A DNA stretch of 64,000 nt from Nitrospinales bacterium (GTDB lineage: Bacteria; Nitrospinota; Nitrospinia; Nitrospinales; VA-1), in assembly GCA_965223345.1 (NCBI GenBank), contig CBDCWG010000012.1, positions 2,112,001 to 2,176,000 of the forward strand, read 5' to 3'. A program made the position numbers and the translations under genes. Shown here piece by piece: positions 41,886 through 52,568 of the stretch (position 1 is its first letter; the number at the start of each line of letters is the position of its first letter). Below the pieces are notes generated by a model. It was not told the DNA's origin. It was given only the letters and a program-made list of their open reading frames with translations, and made no database searches.

Positions 41886-43907
41886 TTACAGGCTGGGCCT
41901 GGGGTCGAGGAAGTGCCTCACTTTCTCAAGAAATTCTTTCACTTGCAGGGGCTTGGTGACGTAGGCGTCGAAACCCGCCTGAATCGCCTTTTCAATGTCG
42001 GATTCCATGGCATTCGCGCTCACGGCGATGACGGGGGTTTCCCGGGTCCTGCTGTTTTGTTTCAGATGCTTCAGGGCGGTGATGCCGTCCATGCCCGGCA
42101 GGTTGATATCCATCAATATCAAATCCGGCTGATGCGCCATTGCGAGTTCGATGCCCAGTTGCGCCTGGGGAGCGGTCAGCAAAGTGATGCCCGGCTCCTT
42201 GCAGAGGATCTGCTTCACCAGGTTCAGGTTTGCAGGGTTGTCTTCCACATACAGAATCGCGTGTTTGTTGCCGTTGGAGTCGGCCCCACTGTTATGGGCC
42301 GCCAGGGTTGCCAGCTCTTCCTTGGCCAGGGATTGTTGCGATCCTTTGGGCAGCTCGATGGTGAAACAGCTCCCTTCATCCTGAGTGCTCTCAACATGAA
42401 TGGTCCCGTTCATCAGCTTGATCAGGTGTCGGGTGATGCTGAGACCGATGCCGGTGCCCTCCACCTCTGAATTTTCCAGGCCTAGCCGGTCGAAGGGCTT
42501 GAACAGCGAATCCATTTTTTCTTTCGGGATCCCCAATCCCTTGTCCTTGATTTTGATGCGGACTTTTCCGGACGGCGTTTCTTCGATTTCCAGTGTGCAC
42601 TCGCCGTTTTCGCGGTTGTATTTGATCGCATTGGAAATCAGATTGAGCAGAACCTGCTTGAGTCGGGTGCGATCCGCGATCACACTTGTATTCATGGCAT
42701 GAGCGCCGGGAAGATGAACGGCGATGTTGTTCTGAGTGGCGAGGGGGGTGACGATCGAAAGCACTTCGTCGAGAACTTCCTGTAAATGCACATTCTCCAG
42801 GGAAAGCGTCATTTTTCCCGACTCGATGCGCGCCAGATCCAGAACTTCATTGATGAGTTCCAGAAGGTGATTCCCCGCCTTCAGGATTTCCTCGACCTGT
42901 TCCCGCTGCGTGTCGCTCAGAGTGTCTTCCGGTTCGAATTTGAGCAATTGACCAAAACCCAGAATGGCGTTCATGGGAGTGCGAAGCTCGTGGCTCATGC
43001 GGGAGAGAAATTCCGATTTGGCCTGGCTGGCATTTTCGGCTTCTTCTTTCGCACGTATCAACTCCAACTCTTCATCCCGGAGTTTGTTATTGAGTTCGAT
43101 CAACCGGTTGTTTGTTTTTTCCAGCCCCGCATTGGATTCGTGCAGTTTCTGAGTCCGCTCCTGGACGGTCTCTTCCAGTATCCTTGTGTGATTTTTCAAC
43201 TCGTCCACCATCACATTGAAGGAATTCGCCAGCTCTCCGATTTCATCGTTGGAATATCGCTCGATCTTTTGGCCGAAATCCTTTTTCGTTGCAATCAGAT
43301 TGCTGACACGCGTCAGCTCGCGGATCGGGTTCAGTATTTTTTTCAGAATTGCGATGATGAGGCCCAGCCCGATCAACATCATGAACGAGGCATACAGGAA
43401 GGATTTTTTGATCAAAGGGGCGATCACTTGTTTTTCAATCGCCTCGAGATCCATCCCGATATAAGCGTGTCCCAACAAGCCGGCCAGTATCGGGGCTTGA
43501 ATATCGAGCGTTTTTCTTCCGTGGATTTCATGGGTGCGGATCATCATTTCCGTTTTGTTCACGTCGCTTTTCACCAGGGCCAGATATTCCTCCGGCATAT
43601 TGGGAGAAAACGTGTGAGAGACCACCGCGCCGGTTTCGTCCGCCACGATCACATAGGCCACGCCGCTGATCGTGCGGTAGTGGTCGATGAAACCCTGGAT
43701 CGTGGAGGCATCCCGGTTCAGCAGGGTGTCCTGAACGCTTGTGGCCAGACCCTGGACCAGAGCGACGCCTTTGGATTCGAATTCCTTATGCAGGGACTGG
43801 CGCAATGTGTTGATGTATACCAGGGAAAGCATGAGATAGGTCAAAAGGACCATGATTCCCATGAGCACCAGGATTTTTAACTGAAGCGTGACCCTGCGGG
43901 TTTTCAT
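41886..43907 (-). CDS. Hybrid sensor histidine kinase (TM-HAMP-HisKA-HATPase-REC)
   Basis: [56 protein letters not shown]. Confidence 0.95.
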   Translation of the reverse strand: MKTRRVTLQLKILVLMGIMVLLTYLMLSLVYINTLRQSLHKEFESKGVALVQGLATSVQDTLLNRDASTIQGFIDHYRTISGVAYVIVADETGAVVSHTFSPNMPEEYLALVKSDVNKTEMMIRTHEIHGRKTLDIQAPILAGLLGHAYIGMDLEAIEKQVIAPLIKKSFLYASFMMLIGLGLIIAILKKILNPIRELTRVSNLIATKKDFGQKIERYSNDEIGELANSFNVMVDELKNHTRILEETVQERTQKLHESNAGLEKTNNRLIELNNKLRDEELELIRAKEEAENASQAKSEFLSRMSHELRTPMNAILGFGQLLKFEPEDTLSDTQREQVEEILKAGNHLLELINEVLDLARIESGKMTLSLENVHLQEVLDEVLSIVTPLATQNNIAVHLPGAHAMNTSVIADRTRLKQVLLNLISNAIKYNRENGECTLEIEETPSGKVRIKIKDKGLGIPKEKMDSLFKPFDRLGLENSEVEGTGIGLSITRHLIKLMNGTIHVESTQDEGSCFTIELPKGSQQSLAKEELATLAAHNSGADSNGNKHAILYVEDNPANLNLVKQILCKEPGITLLTAPQAQLGIELAMAHQPDLILMDINLPGMDGITALKHLKQNSRTRETPVIAVSANAMESDIEKAIQAGFDAYVTKPLQVKEFLEKVRHFLDPRPSL

Positions 43908-45145
43908 AGGATTTCTTTCCAGTCGTGCAGGATTTGGTATCTACCATCCCGAATGGTCGTGAAAAAAACCGCGTCCAGGGCCTGGTGTTTGGATTTGCTG
44001 AAGGAGATGGTGTGCCCCAGCCCGATGTCCAGATCGGAAATGGACTCCAGTGTTTCCATGAAGTTTGCGCGCGTCAGGTCTTTGGGGGCGCGTTTCAGTG
44101 CTTCCACGAAAACCACGGCGTTGAGGAAACCTTCCAGAGAAACAAAACTGTATTTTGAGGGGACGTAGCCAGGATCCTGCAGTTCCCCAGGAACCCTGGG
44201 CTGGTATTTGTCCATCAGCGCTTGATATTTTTTGACCAGCGGATTCGACGGGTCGCTCCAGGGCGGAACCACCTGCGAATTGATCAACTTGCTGGTGAGG
44301 TTTTTACCGATTCTTTTTTCTTCGTTTAGCAGGAGCTGCAGCAGTTGATCGGAACCGACGAATGAAACGTTGGCGATGGGTCCTTCGAACCCGGTGAGCC
44401 TGGCGTCTCTGATGAATGCAGCACAGGCGGCATAGGAACCGATGGAAATCACCGCGTCCACACCGGCGTTTTTCAGGATAGCGACCTGCTTTTTCATGGA
44501 TTCCGAAAAAGGGGTGCTGCGTTCGTAGGTCACTTCCGAAATAACTTTCAAACCCAGCTTTTTCAAAGCCCGCTGCACCCCGTCGGCGCCCGATCTGCCA
44601 TACGCATCGTTTTGAATGAAAACGCCCACGTTTTTGTATCCGTTATCGACCAGATTTTGCACCAAACCCGCTGTTTCCTGACGGTAGGAACTGCGGATGT
44701 TGAAAACGTATCTGGCGTGCGGGGGTTCCCGCTGGGGTTGAGCGCCGGTAAAATTTGAAAACAGGAAAATGTCCTGTTCGGAAAATTTTTGAATAGCGGG
44801 CAGGGCTTTCACAATCGTCGGCGTGCCCACATATCCGAAGAGCGCGAAAACGCGATCCTTGGTGATGAGCCGGATGGTGTTGATGAGGGTTGTGTCCCCT
44901 TCATAGCCGTCGTCGCGGGCGACGATGCGGATCTTTTTCCCCTTCACTCCGCCCTGAGCGTTGATGTGATCAAAATAAGCCTGGGCTCCCCGCCATAATT
45001 CGCTCCCCAAAGCTGCGGAAGTTCCTTTGAAGGCAGCCGATTGTCCCAACAGTATTTCCGAATCGGTCACCCCTGCGGACTGGCCGTACGCCGAGGTGGC
45101 AGGGCAGAATAAGATCAGAAAACAGGCGGATATCCATCGTTTCAT
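43904..45145 (-). CDS. Periplasmic type I (LivJ-like) solute-binding protein
   Basis: Signal peptide; [58 protein letters not shown]. Confidence 0.9.
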   Translation of the reverse strand: MKRWISACFLILFCPATSAYGQSAGVTDSEILLGQSAAFKGTSAALGSELWRGAQAYFDHINAQGGVKGKKIRIVARDDGYEGDTTLINTIRLITKDRVFALFGYVGTPTIVKALPAIQKFSEQDIFLFSNFTGAQPQREPPHARYVFNIRSSYRQETAGLVQNLVDNGYKNVGVFIQNDAYGRSGADGVQRALKKLGLKVISEVTYERSTPFSESMKKQVAILKNAGVDAVISIGSYAACAAFIRDARLTGFEGPIANVSFVGSDQLLQLLLNEEKRIGKNLTSKLINSQVVPPWSDPSNPLVKKYQALMDKYQPRVPGELQDPGYVPSKYSFVSLEGFLNAVVFVEALKRAPKDLTRANFMETLESISDLDIGLGHTISFSKSKHQALDAVFFTTIRDGRYQILHDWKEIL

Positions 45146-45168
45146 TTTCAAGCTCCCAATAGCGCGAT

Positions 45169-47121
45169 TCAACCTGAACCCCCAACCTTTTCACGGGGGA
45201 CGAGGAAATGCCTCACTTTCTCAAGAAAGGGCTTCACTTGCAGGGGCTTGGTGACGTAGGCGTCGAAACCCGCCCGCATTGTTTTTTCGATGTCGGATTC
45301 CATGGCGTTCGCGCTCACGGCGATGACCGGGATTCCCCGGGTCTCGTCGTGTTTTTTCAGATGCTTCAGGGCGGAGATGCCGTCCATGCCCGGCAGATGG
45401 ATATCCATGAGAATCAGATTCGGCTGATGCGCGAGCGCGAGTTCGATGCCCAAACGGGCCTGGGGTGCGGTCAGCAGAGTGATGTCCGGTTCTTTGTGAA
45501 GGATCTGTTTCACCAGGTTCAGGTTTGCGGGGTTGTCTTCCACATACAGAATCGTGTGTTTGTTGCCGTTGGATTCGGCCCCACTCTTTTGGGCCGCCAG
45601 GGTTGCCAGCTTTTCCTTGGGCAGGGATTGTTGCGATCCTTTGGGCAGCTCGATGGTGAAACAGCTCCCCTTGTCCGGAACGCTTTCCACGCTGATCGTT
45701 CCGTGCATGAGTTCGATCAGGTGCTTGCAGATGCTGAGGCCGATGCCGGTGCCTTCGATTTCCGTGTTTTCTGCACCGAGCCGGTCGAAGGGCTTGAACA
45801 GCGAATCCATTTTTTCTTTCGGGATCCCCGGCCCTCTGTCCATGACTTTGATGCGGACATTTCCAGACTGCGTTTCTTCGAGTTCCAGTGTGCAGTCGCC
45901 ATTTTCGCGGTTGTATTTGATCGCATTGGAAATCAGATTGAGCAGGACCTGCTTCAATCGGGTGCGATCCGCAACCACCTGGAGGGCGGGATGTTGCGCG
46001 GCCCGATTGTGGATCGTTATCTTGTGCTTCTCCGCCATGGGGGATGTGAGCACCAGGGTCTCGAGAATCAGATCTTCCAGCTCGATGTTCTCAATGGAAA
46101 GGACTAACTTTCCGGATTCGATCTTGGCGAGATCCAGCACCTCATTGATGAGTTCGAGCAGGTGCTTGCCCGCCTTGAGGATTTCCTGAATCCGTTCCGT
46201 CTGCCCCGGCGTCAACGGCTCTTCCGGGTCGGCTTCCAGCAGCTGCCCAAATCCCAGAATGGCGTTCATCGGGGTGCGCAGTTCGTGACTCATCCGCGAT
46301 AGAAATTCGGATTTCGCCCGGTTGGCCTCCAGGGCGTCGTCCCGGGTTTTTTCCATCTCGGCATTGATATTTTTGATTTCCTCCATCGAGTCGTTGATCC
46401 GGTCGAGCATGGTTTTCAGCGTGCCGGCCAGCTCCCCGACCTCGTCGTTCGATCGCACTTCAATGGGGACATCGTTTTTACCGTGATAGATTTCATTGGC
46501 GGCTTGCGTCAGCTCCGAGAGCGGCTGCGTGATTTTTCTTCCCAGGATGAAAACGATCAAAATCCCCAATGAAAAAATCGCCAGGGAGATCGTGAACGTG
46601 GCTTCCCAGTCTTTCTCGATATTCCGGTTCAGCTCGTCGAGAGAAAACCCGATCAGGATTTTCCCGTGCCAGTTTTCTTGGTAGACGATGTCGTGTGCCT
46701 TGAACAGGAAGCGACCCTGCTCGACGACGCTTTCCCGGTTCAACATGCCTTCAATGTTGAGCTTCAATTGGTTGGGATTGTAGGTGGCGACTTTGTTGTT
46801 CTCGGTATCGAAAATTCCCAGATAGACCAGCCGGCTGTCCTTTTTCGCCCACTCGACGGCGATGCCGATGCTGGCAAAATCCCTCAGCTCCAGGCTCACG
46901 CCTGTGGACAGGGCGATCATTTCGGTCATCGCCGTGACGTGATTTTCCAGGTTTTTCATCTTCTGGTTTTTGTACATCCTGGGAAAGTAGGACAGGTTGA
47001 AAACCAGAATCAGAAGAAACGAGAAGAAAAAAATCAGGACAATTTTGACCCGAATCGGGATTTTTTTTGGAGAGAGCGTCATGAACAAAGAACTCGAAAT
47101 GGATGATACCGCCTCAGACAC
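45169..47121 (-). CDS. Hybrid sensor histidine kinase, paralogue of 41886..43907
   Basis: Same HisKA/HATPase/REC motifs with a different periplasmic domain; alternative ATG near 47082. Confidence 0.95.
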   Translation of the reverse strand: MSEAVSSISSSLFMTLSPKKIPIRVKIVLIFFFSFLLILVFNLSYFPRMYKNQKMKNLENHVTAMTEMIALSTGVSLELRDFASIGIAVEWAKKDSRLVYLGIFDTENNKVATYNPNQLKLNIEGMLNRESVVEQGRFLFKAHDIVYQENWHGKILIGFSLDELNRNIEKDWEATFTISLAIFSLGILIVFILGRKITQPLSELTQAANEIYHGKNDVPIEVRSNDEVGELAGTLKTMLDRINDSMEEIKNINAEMEKTRDDALEANRAKSEFLSRMSHELRTPMNAILGFGQLLEADPEEPLTPGQTERIQEILKAGKHLLELINEVLDLAKIESGKLVLSIENIELEDLILETLVLTSPMAEKHKITIHNRAAQHPALQVVADRTRLKQVLLNLISNAIKYNRENGDCTLELEETQSGNVRIKVMDRGPGIPKEKMDSLFKPFDRLGAENTEIEGTGIGLSICKHLIELMHGTISVESVPDKGSCFTIELPKGSQQSLPKEKLATLAAQKSGAESNGNKHTILYVEDNPANLNLVKQILHKEPDITLLTAPQARLGIELALAHQPNLILMDIHLPGMDGISALKHLKKHDETRGIPVIAVSANAMESDIEKTMRAGFDAYVTKPLQVKPFLEKVRHFLVPREKVGGSG

Positions 47122-47148
47122 GGCTGCAAACGGGTGTGCATCCCATCC

Positions 47149-47559
47149 TCATTTTTCAACGGTGATCAATATTTTATGGGAGATGGGGGGATTGTAGGGA
47201 ACGTGATTCCCGTCGGCAAACAGGGCGATGACGGCATGCTTTCCCGGTGTCAGATTCAGCGTGATGCAGGCGTCCCCTTTCCCCATGTGGATCGCTTCCT
47301 TTTTGCCTATGGGACGGCTCAGATCCTCCGGCAGGGAATTGAACAGTATATGATGGTGCCCCTTGCCTTCGTTGACGCCGTTGGACCCCGGTTCCACCAC
47401 CAGCCCTTCCACCTCCATGCAGAATTGCACGGGACCCTGTTTGACATAGGCGTTATCGGGAGGGGTGACGATCGTGACTTTCTTTTCTTCCGCTTGAGCC
47501 CAGACTGCGCTGAAAAGCATCAACCCAAACGAAAACGAAATCCTGACGAGCGAGTGCAT
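47149..47559 (-). CDS. Secreted DUF4399-like protein
   Basis: Signal peptide; GHHHIL, IHMGKG, LTPGKH, FADGNHVP. Confidence 0.8.
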   Translation of the reverse strand: MHSLVRISFSFGLMLFSAVWAQAEEKKVTIVTPPDNAYVKQGPVQFCMEVEGLVVEPGSNGVNEGKGHHHILFNSLPEDLSRPIGKKEAIHMGKGDACITLNLTPGKHAVIALFADGNHVPYNPPISHKILITVEK

Positions 47560-47859
47560 TGAAATCCTCCAGAACCAGAATGATTTAGAACTTTAAAGCG
47601 CTGCGGAAGTGTGGCTATTTAATATATTTACCTATTATATTAGTGTAAATTAAAATGTCTTTTAGGTCAATGAATTCAAGTATTTGCTGGATTTTCGATT
47701 ATGCCCGGGAGGGCTCGGGCTTTCCCGAGAGCTCGGGAATATCCGAAAATGAGTCTAACTAGCGGATTTTCCGTTGTTTTTGCTAAAGCCCCGTTCCCGG
47801 CCGGTCGATAAAGAGGCGATGAGCACTTCCTGCAACCGTTTGGAGATTGGGACCTTCTA

Positions 47860-50112
47860 TTGAACAAATCGAAACGTCTTTGTGTGATCGGTGGGGGCCT
47901 GTTCCAGGTGCCGCTGATCAAAACCGCGAAATCCATGGGGTTGGAGGTGGCCGTGACGGACTACAACCCCGACGCTGAGGGGATGCGGCTCGCCGATCAC
48001 CCGCTCGTCGTCAGCACCCGCAATATCGAACTCACCCTGAATGCCGTGCGCGAGCTGCACGCCACCTGCCCGCTGGATGGCGTCCTGACCGCCGGCACCG
48101 ACGCCTCGAAAACCGTGGCCGCCGTGGCCGACGCGCTGCACCTGCCCGGCATTCCGTATGAAGTGGCCGAACGCGCGACGGACAAGATCAAAATGCGCCA
48201 GTGCCTGCTGGAAAACGGCGTGCCGGTTCCGGGATTCCGTCCGGTCTGGACGCTGGATGACGCCCGCCGGGCACTTTCCGAACTGGCGCCTCCCTGGGTG
48301 GTCAAACCCTCTGACAATATGGGCGCGCGCGGCGTGCGCCGCATCGAAAATCCCGACGAGTTGGCAACAGCCTTCGAGGAAGCCAAGGCGGCTTCGGTCA
48401 GCGGCCGGCTGCTGGTGGAAGAATTCATGCCCGGTCCGGAACTCAGTCTCGATGCGCTGGTGTTCGACGGCCGCATCGAGATCACGGGGATCGCCGACCG
48501 GCACATCGAACGGGCGCCGTATTTCGTCGAGGTGGGGCACACGATGCCTTCGAATCTGCCGGAGGAGACGCAGAACCGGGTGGCGGACGTGTTCAGACAG
48601 GCGGTGCGCGCGCTGGGCATCGACCGGGGCGCGGCCAAGGGAGACATCAAGTGGACGCCGGAGGGGCCGAAGATCGTGGAGATCGCCGCGCGCCTGAGCG
48701 GCGGCTGGATGTCGGCGTACACCTATCCGCTTTCCAGCGGCGTCGATCTGATGAAAGCGGCGATCCAGATCGCCCTCGGGGAAAAGCCGGCGCACCTGAC
48801 CCCCAAGTTCGCCAAGACCGCCGCGGAGCGGGCGCTCATCCCGCAGCCGGGCAAGATCCTGTCCATCCAGGGCGTCGAAGCGGCGCGCAGGATGAAAGGG
48901 GTGCGCGAGATCATTTTCCTCAAGGAAGCCGGCGACACGGTGGAGGAAGTGAAAAGCAATATGGGCAAGACCGGATACGTCATCACCGTCGCCGGCACGC
49001 GCGAGGAGGCGATCCGCATCAACGACCGCGCGCGGGCGGCGATCCACATCGAAACCGGGTCGCCGCAGGCGCTGAGCTGGGATGTCATCCGCAACAACGC
49101 GCGCAAAAAATTCTACATCGCCTGCAAGGCCTGCCCGGAATGCGACGGCGTCGAGTGCGCCGGCCGGGTGCCGGGCATCGGCGGCATCGGCACCGGCGAA
49201 TCCTTCACGGAAAACCTGCGGGCGCTGGCGCGCTACAAGGTGAACCTGCGCACCATTCACGGCGTCAAAGATCCCGATCTTTCAGTCGAGCTGTTCGGGC
49301 GGAAACTGGCACTCCCGATTCTGGCCGCGCCGATCACCGGCATGGAGACCAACCTGGCCGGCGGCATGGACGAGCGCGCCTACGCCGATGCGGTGCTCGC
49401 AGGCTGCCTGGATGCGGGGGCGCTCGGCATGGTGGGGGATGGGGCCAGCCCGAAAAAATACCGCATCGGCCTGGAAACCATCCGGAACCTCGGCGGATGC
49501 GGCATTCCGGTTTTCAAGCCGCGCGAGGACAACGACGCGATCCTCACCCGGTTTCAAGCCGCCCAGGAAGCGGGCGCGCTGGCGGTCGGGATCGACATCG
49601 ACGCGGCCTCGTTCAAGACCATGGCGCTCAAGGGGCAGGCGGTGGGGCCGAAAACCGTGCCGGAGCTCAGGCATCTGAAATCGCATCTTTCGGTGCCTTT
49701 CATACTGAAGGGCATCATGAACGTGGAGTCGGCGCTCCTGGCCCTGGAGGCGGGGGCCGATGCGATCGTCGTTTCCAATCACGGCGGACGTGTGCTGGAC
49801 ACCATGCCGGGAACGGCGGACGTGCTGCCCGAGATCGCCAGCGCGGTGGCCGGCCGTGCCCGAGTGCTGGTGGACGGCGGCATCCGCGAGGGCGTGGACG
49901 TGCTGAAGATGCTGGCTCTGGGAGCGGATGCGGTGATGATCGGGCGTCCGGTCTGCATCGCCGCGTTCGGCGCGGGTCGGGAAGGGGTGGCGTTTTATCT
50001 TGCGCAAAAGCGCGACGAGCTGAAAAAAGCCATGGTCCTCACGGGATGCGCGGACATCGCCCACATCGATCCTTCGGTGATCTTCCGGGATGCCAAGGGA
50101 GAGCGCCGGTGA
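47860..50112 (+). CDS. Fusion of an ATP-grasp ligase domain and an FMN-dependent alpha-hydroxy-acid dehydrogenase with a Cys cluster
   Basis: IGGGLFQ, TDKIKMR, VVKPSDNMGARGV, EEFMPGPELSLD, EIAARLSG; then CKACPECDGVEC, APITG, LKGI, VSNHGGR, DGGIR.G.DVLK.LALGA, GRP. Confidence 0.88.
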   Translation: MNKSKRLCVIGGGLFQVPLIKTAKSMGLEVAVTDYNPDAEGMRLADHPLVVSTRNIELTLNAVRELHATCPLDGVLTAGTDASKTVAAVADALHLPGIPYEVAERATDKIKMRQCLLENGVPVPGFRPVWTLDDARRALSELAPPWVVKPSDNMGARGVRRIENPDELATAFEEAKAASVSGRLLVEEFMPGPELSLDALVFDGRIEITGIADRHIERAPYFVEVGHTMPSNLPEETQNRVADVFRQAVRALGIDRGAAKGDIKWTPEGPKIVEIAARLSGGWMSAYTYPLSSGVDLMKAAIQIALGEKPAHLTPKFAKTAAERALIPQPGKILSIQGVEAARRMKGVREIIFLKEAGDTVEEVKSNMGKTGYVITVAGTREEAIRINDRARAAIHIETGSPQALSWDVIRNNARKKFYIACKACPECDGVECAGRVPGIGGIGTGESFTENLRALARYKVNLRTIHGVKDPDLSVELFGRKLALPILAAPITGMETNLAGGMDERAYADAVLAGCLDAGALGMVGDGASPKKYRIGLETIRNLGGCGIPVFKPREDNDAILTRFQAAQEAGALAVGIDIDAASFKTMALKGQAVGPKTVPELRHLKSHLSVPFILKGIMNVESALLALEAGADAIVVSNHGGRVLDTMPGTADVLPEIASAVAGRARVLVDGGIREGVDVLKMLALGADAVMIGRPVCIAAFGAGREGVAFYLAQKRDELKKAMVLTGCADIAHIDPSVIFRDAKGERR

Positions 50113-50146
50113 CGCGCGACAGGCTGCAATTTACGGGAGGCAGAGC

Positions 50147-50956
50147 ATGAACATCAAACACTCGGGGTTTCAGGTGCTGCGCGGCGGCGCGGCCGACCCG
50201 AAACGGTTCTTAAGGCAGGCTTTGAGCCGGCTGAAGCTGGAATACGGCGCCTGCTGCCTGAAGCTCTCGACGGAAGATGCGGCGATGAGCCTGGAGCAGA
50301 TCCGCTACTGGGTGGAACTTTCCGCAGGCGTGCTGCCGGTGCTGGTGAAAATCGGCGGTCCCAACGCCCGCAACGACATCCGCCAGCTGCTCAAGCTCGA
50401 TATCGACGGGCTGATCGCGCCGATGGTGGAATCGGTGTACGGGCTGGAAAATTTCATAGCGGCGGTGCAGGATTTCACCACGCCCATGCAGATGCACCGG
50501 CTGAAAAAACACATCAACATCGAGACGGTCACGGCGCTCGAACAGCTCGATGCCATCCTCGAGGCTTCGGAGGCGGGGCTTCTGGATGAAATCACCCTTG
50601 GCTGCAGCGATCTGTCCAAATCCATGAAGAAGGACCGCATGGACCCGGACGTTCAGGCCTGCGTCCGCCAGGCGGTGAGCGCCATCCGTGAATGGGGCAT
50701 TTCCGTCTCCATCGGCGGCGGCGTCACGCCCGAGAACATCGATGCGATTCTGAAAGACCTGAAGCCTCAGAAATTCAACACCCGGGTCGTGACCTTCGCC
50801 GTGAAACCGGATACGGCCTTCGGCCCGGCTGTGTTCGAGAGCCTGCAGTTCGAGCTCAGGATGCTGGAACACGATCACCAGCAAGGCTTCATCTCCGAAG
50901 ATGAAGAAAAATTCCGCGCGCGCGAACTCAAAAAACGCCTCGCCCGGTCGTCCTGA
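50147..50956 (+). CDS. HpcH/HpaI aldolase / citrate-lyase-beta family protein
   Basis: VKIGGP, GLIAPMVES, INIET, LGCSDLSKS, IGGGV, TRVV. Confidence 0.8.
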   Translation: MNIKHSGFQVLRGGAADPKRFLRQALSRLKLEYGACCLKLSTEDAAMSLEQIRYWVELSAGVLPVLVKIGGPNARNDIRQLLKLDIDGLIAPMVESVYGLENFIAAVQDFTTPMQMHRLKKHINIETVTALEQLDAILEASEAGLLDEITLGCSDLSKSMKKDRMDPDVQACVRQAVSAIREWGISVSIGGGVTPENIDAILKDLKPQKFNTRVVTFAVKPDTAFGPAVFESLQFELRMLEHDHQQGFISEDEEKFRARELKKRLARSS

Positions 50957-51003
50957 TCCCGTTGTTTCCTTATCCCCTCTGAAACAATTCGATTTTTCCG
51001 CTT

Positions 51004-51049
51004 TTTTTGTCAAGGATGCGGTTGACAAAAACCAGAATTCCAATAAAAT
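51004..51049 (+). promoter_or_regulatory. aclBA promoter with a 10-bp inverted repeat over the -35
   Basis: TTGACA(51022)-N16-TAAAAT(51044); TTTTTGTCAA-N8-TTGACAAAAA at 51004-51031. Confidence 0.6.
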
Positions 51050-51200
51050 ATCTTGCCGCATTCCATATAAATTCAGATGTCAAGGGTACATTTTGGCGGG
51101 GCGGCCCCGACCGGAATCAATTTCAAGTTAAGGAGTCTTCGATCTCTCTCGCCCGTACCGCGCCCATTAATTACAATCATATGCAAGTCAGGAGAAGAAA

Positions 51201-52472
51201 ATGCAGATAACCGGCATGCTCTGGGGTAGGAAATTACTGGACCTTGTGGAATTCCCGCATTCCGAAGTTCGGGGTCCGGAACTCAGTGTCGATGAGATCA
51301 AGGACATGATCAAACGGCACGGCGAGGTGTTCATCAAACCCGTTTTCAAAGGCGGTGTGGGCAAGAAGGGGAAATCCGGTCTGATTGGCCGCGCCAAAAA
51401 CATAACGGAAGCCCTGAAGGAAAAAGAGCGCCTGTATTTCGCCGAGCACAAGGACGGCATGAGCACGACCAAATCGGACGGGGTCACGTTCGAGGGGGCG
51501 GTCCCGGCCGAGCACGAAGTCTATTTCTCCATTTCCGAAAGCACCGTGTACCGCGCGCCGACCATGACGATCACCCATCACGGCGGGGTGGACATCGAAG
51601 AGCTTCCCAAGGAAAAGATCGCCGAGGTTCCCTTCGATCCGCTCACCGGGCTCAAGGCGTTCCACGTCTCCAATGCGCTGTCCGGGCTCGGCTGTCCGGG
51701 AGCGATCATCAGCCCGCTGGTGCAGAACCTGCCGCGGCTTTGGGACCTGTACAACAACTACGGCATGATCATGCTGGAGCTCAACCCGATCCGCATGATG
51801 CCCGGAAAGGGCGGCCGCCTCACTCCCGTCGCCTGCGATTTCAAATGCATGTTCGATCAGGACGATCCGGCCTGGAAACGGCTCGGGCTGCCCTCGCACG
51901 TGTTCGCCTCCGACTATTCGGAGTTCGAGCAGGAGATCAACCAGCTGCGCACCTATCAGGGGCAGAGCGACGTCTACGTCATCAACGACCAGGGGACCAT
52001 CACCTCGCCCACCTTCGGCGGCGGCGCCAACGCGATGGTGACCGAGCTTTTGGGCGAGGACGCGACGATCTCCTCGGATTTCGGCGGCAACCCGCCCTAT
52101 GAGAAGATGAACGACATCTCCAAGATCACGTTCAAATACTGGCTGGGCCAGTCGAACGTGCTGTTCATCATCGGCGGCAAAGCCAACAACACGGACATCT
52201 ACGAGACCTTCCGCGCCATCGGCGACGGGCTCAAGACCTTTTTCCAGACGCACGGACCGATTCCGCTGTTCGTGGTGGTGGGCCGCGGCGGCCCGAACCT
52301 CATCCGCGGCATGTCGTATCTGAGGGACGTGCTGGATTCCATCGGCGTTCCCTATCGCTTCTTCGGGCACGACAGCGCCATGTCCGAGGTGATCAACTAC
52401 GCCCTCAAAGTGAACCAGTGGATGAAAAACGGCGGCAAGGAAGAAGTGAAAGCCAGCATGGGCATCAAATGA
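51201..52472 (+). CDS. aclB: ATP-citrate lyase beta subunit
   Basis: IKP..GGVGKKGKSGL, GGVDIE, LELNP, FGGGA, DFGGNP, IGGKANNTDI, GRGGPN; paired with aclA. Confidence 0.92.
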   Translation: MQITGMLWGRKLLDLVEFPHSEVRGPELSVDEIKDMIKRHGEVFIKPVFKGGVGKKGKSGLIGRAKNITEALKEKERLYFAEHKDGMSTTKSDGVTFEGAVPAEHEVYFSISESTVYRAPTMTITHHGGVDIEELPKEKIAEVPFDPLTGLKAFHVSNALSGLGCPGAIISPLVQNLPRLWDLYNNYGMIMLELNPIRMMPGKGGRLTPVACDFKCMFDQDDPAWKRLGLPSHVFASDYSEFEQEINQLRTYQGQSDVYVINDQGTITSPTFGGGANAMVTELLGEDATISSDFGGNPPYEKMNDISKITFKYWLGQSNVLFIIGGKANNTDIYETFRAIGDGLKTFFQTHGPIPLFVVVGRGGPNLIRGMSYLRDVLDSIGVPYRFFGHDSAMSEVINYALKVNQWMKNGGKEEVKASMGIK

Positions 52473-52568
52473 CTATTGGATCCAATCGATCCACGGGGCG
52501 ATGGAGCGTGAACCCCGCCTCGAACAAAAATCAAAGGACAAGACGGATCCATTCAGGAGGATTGTTAA

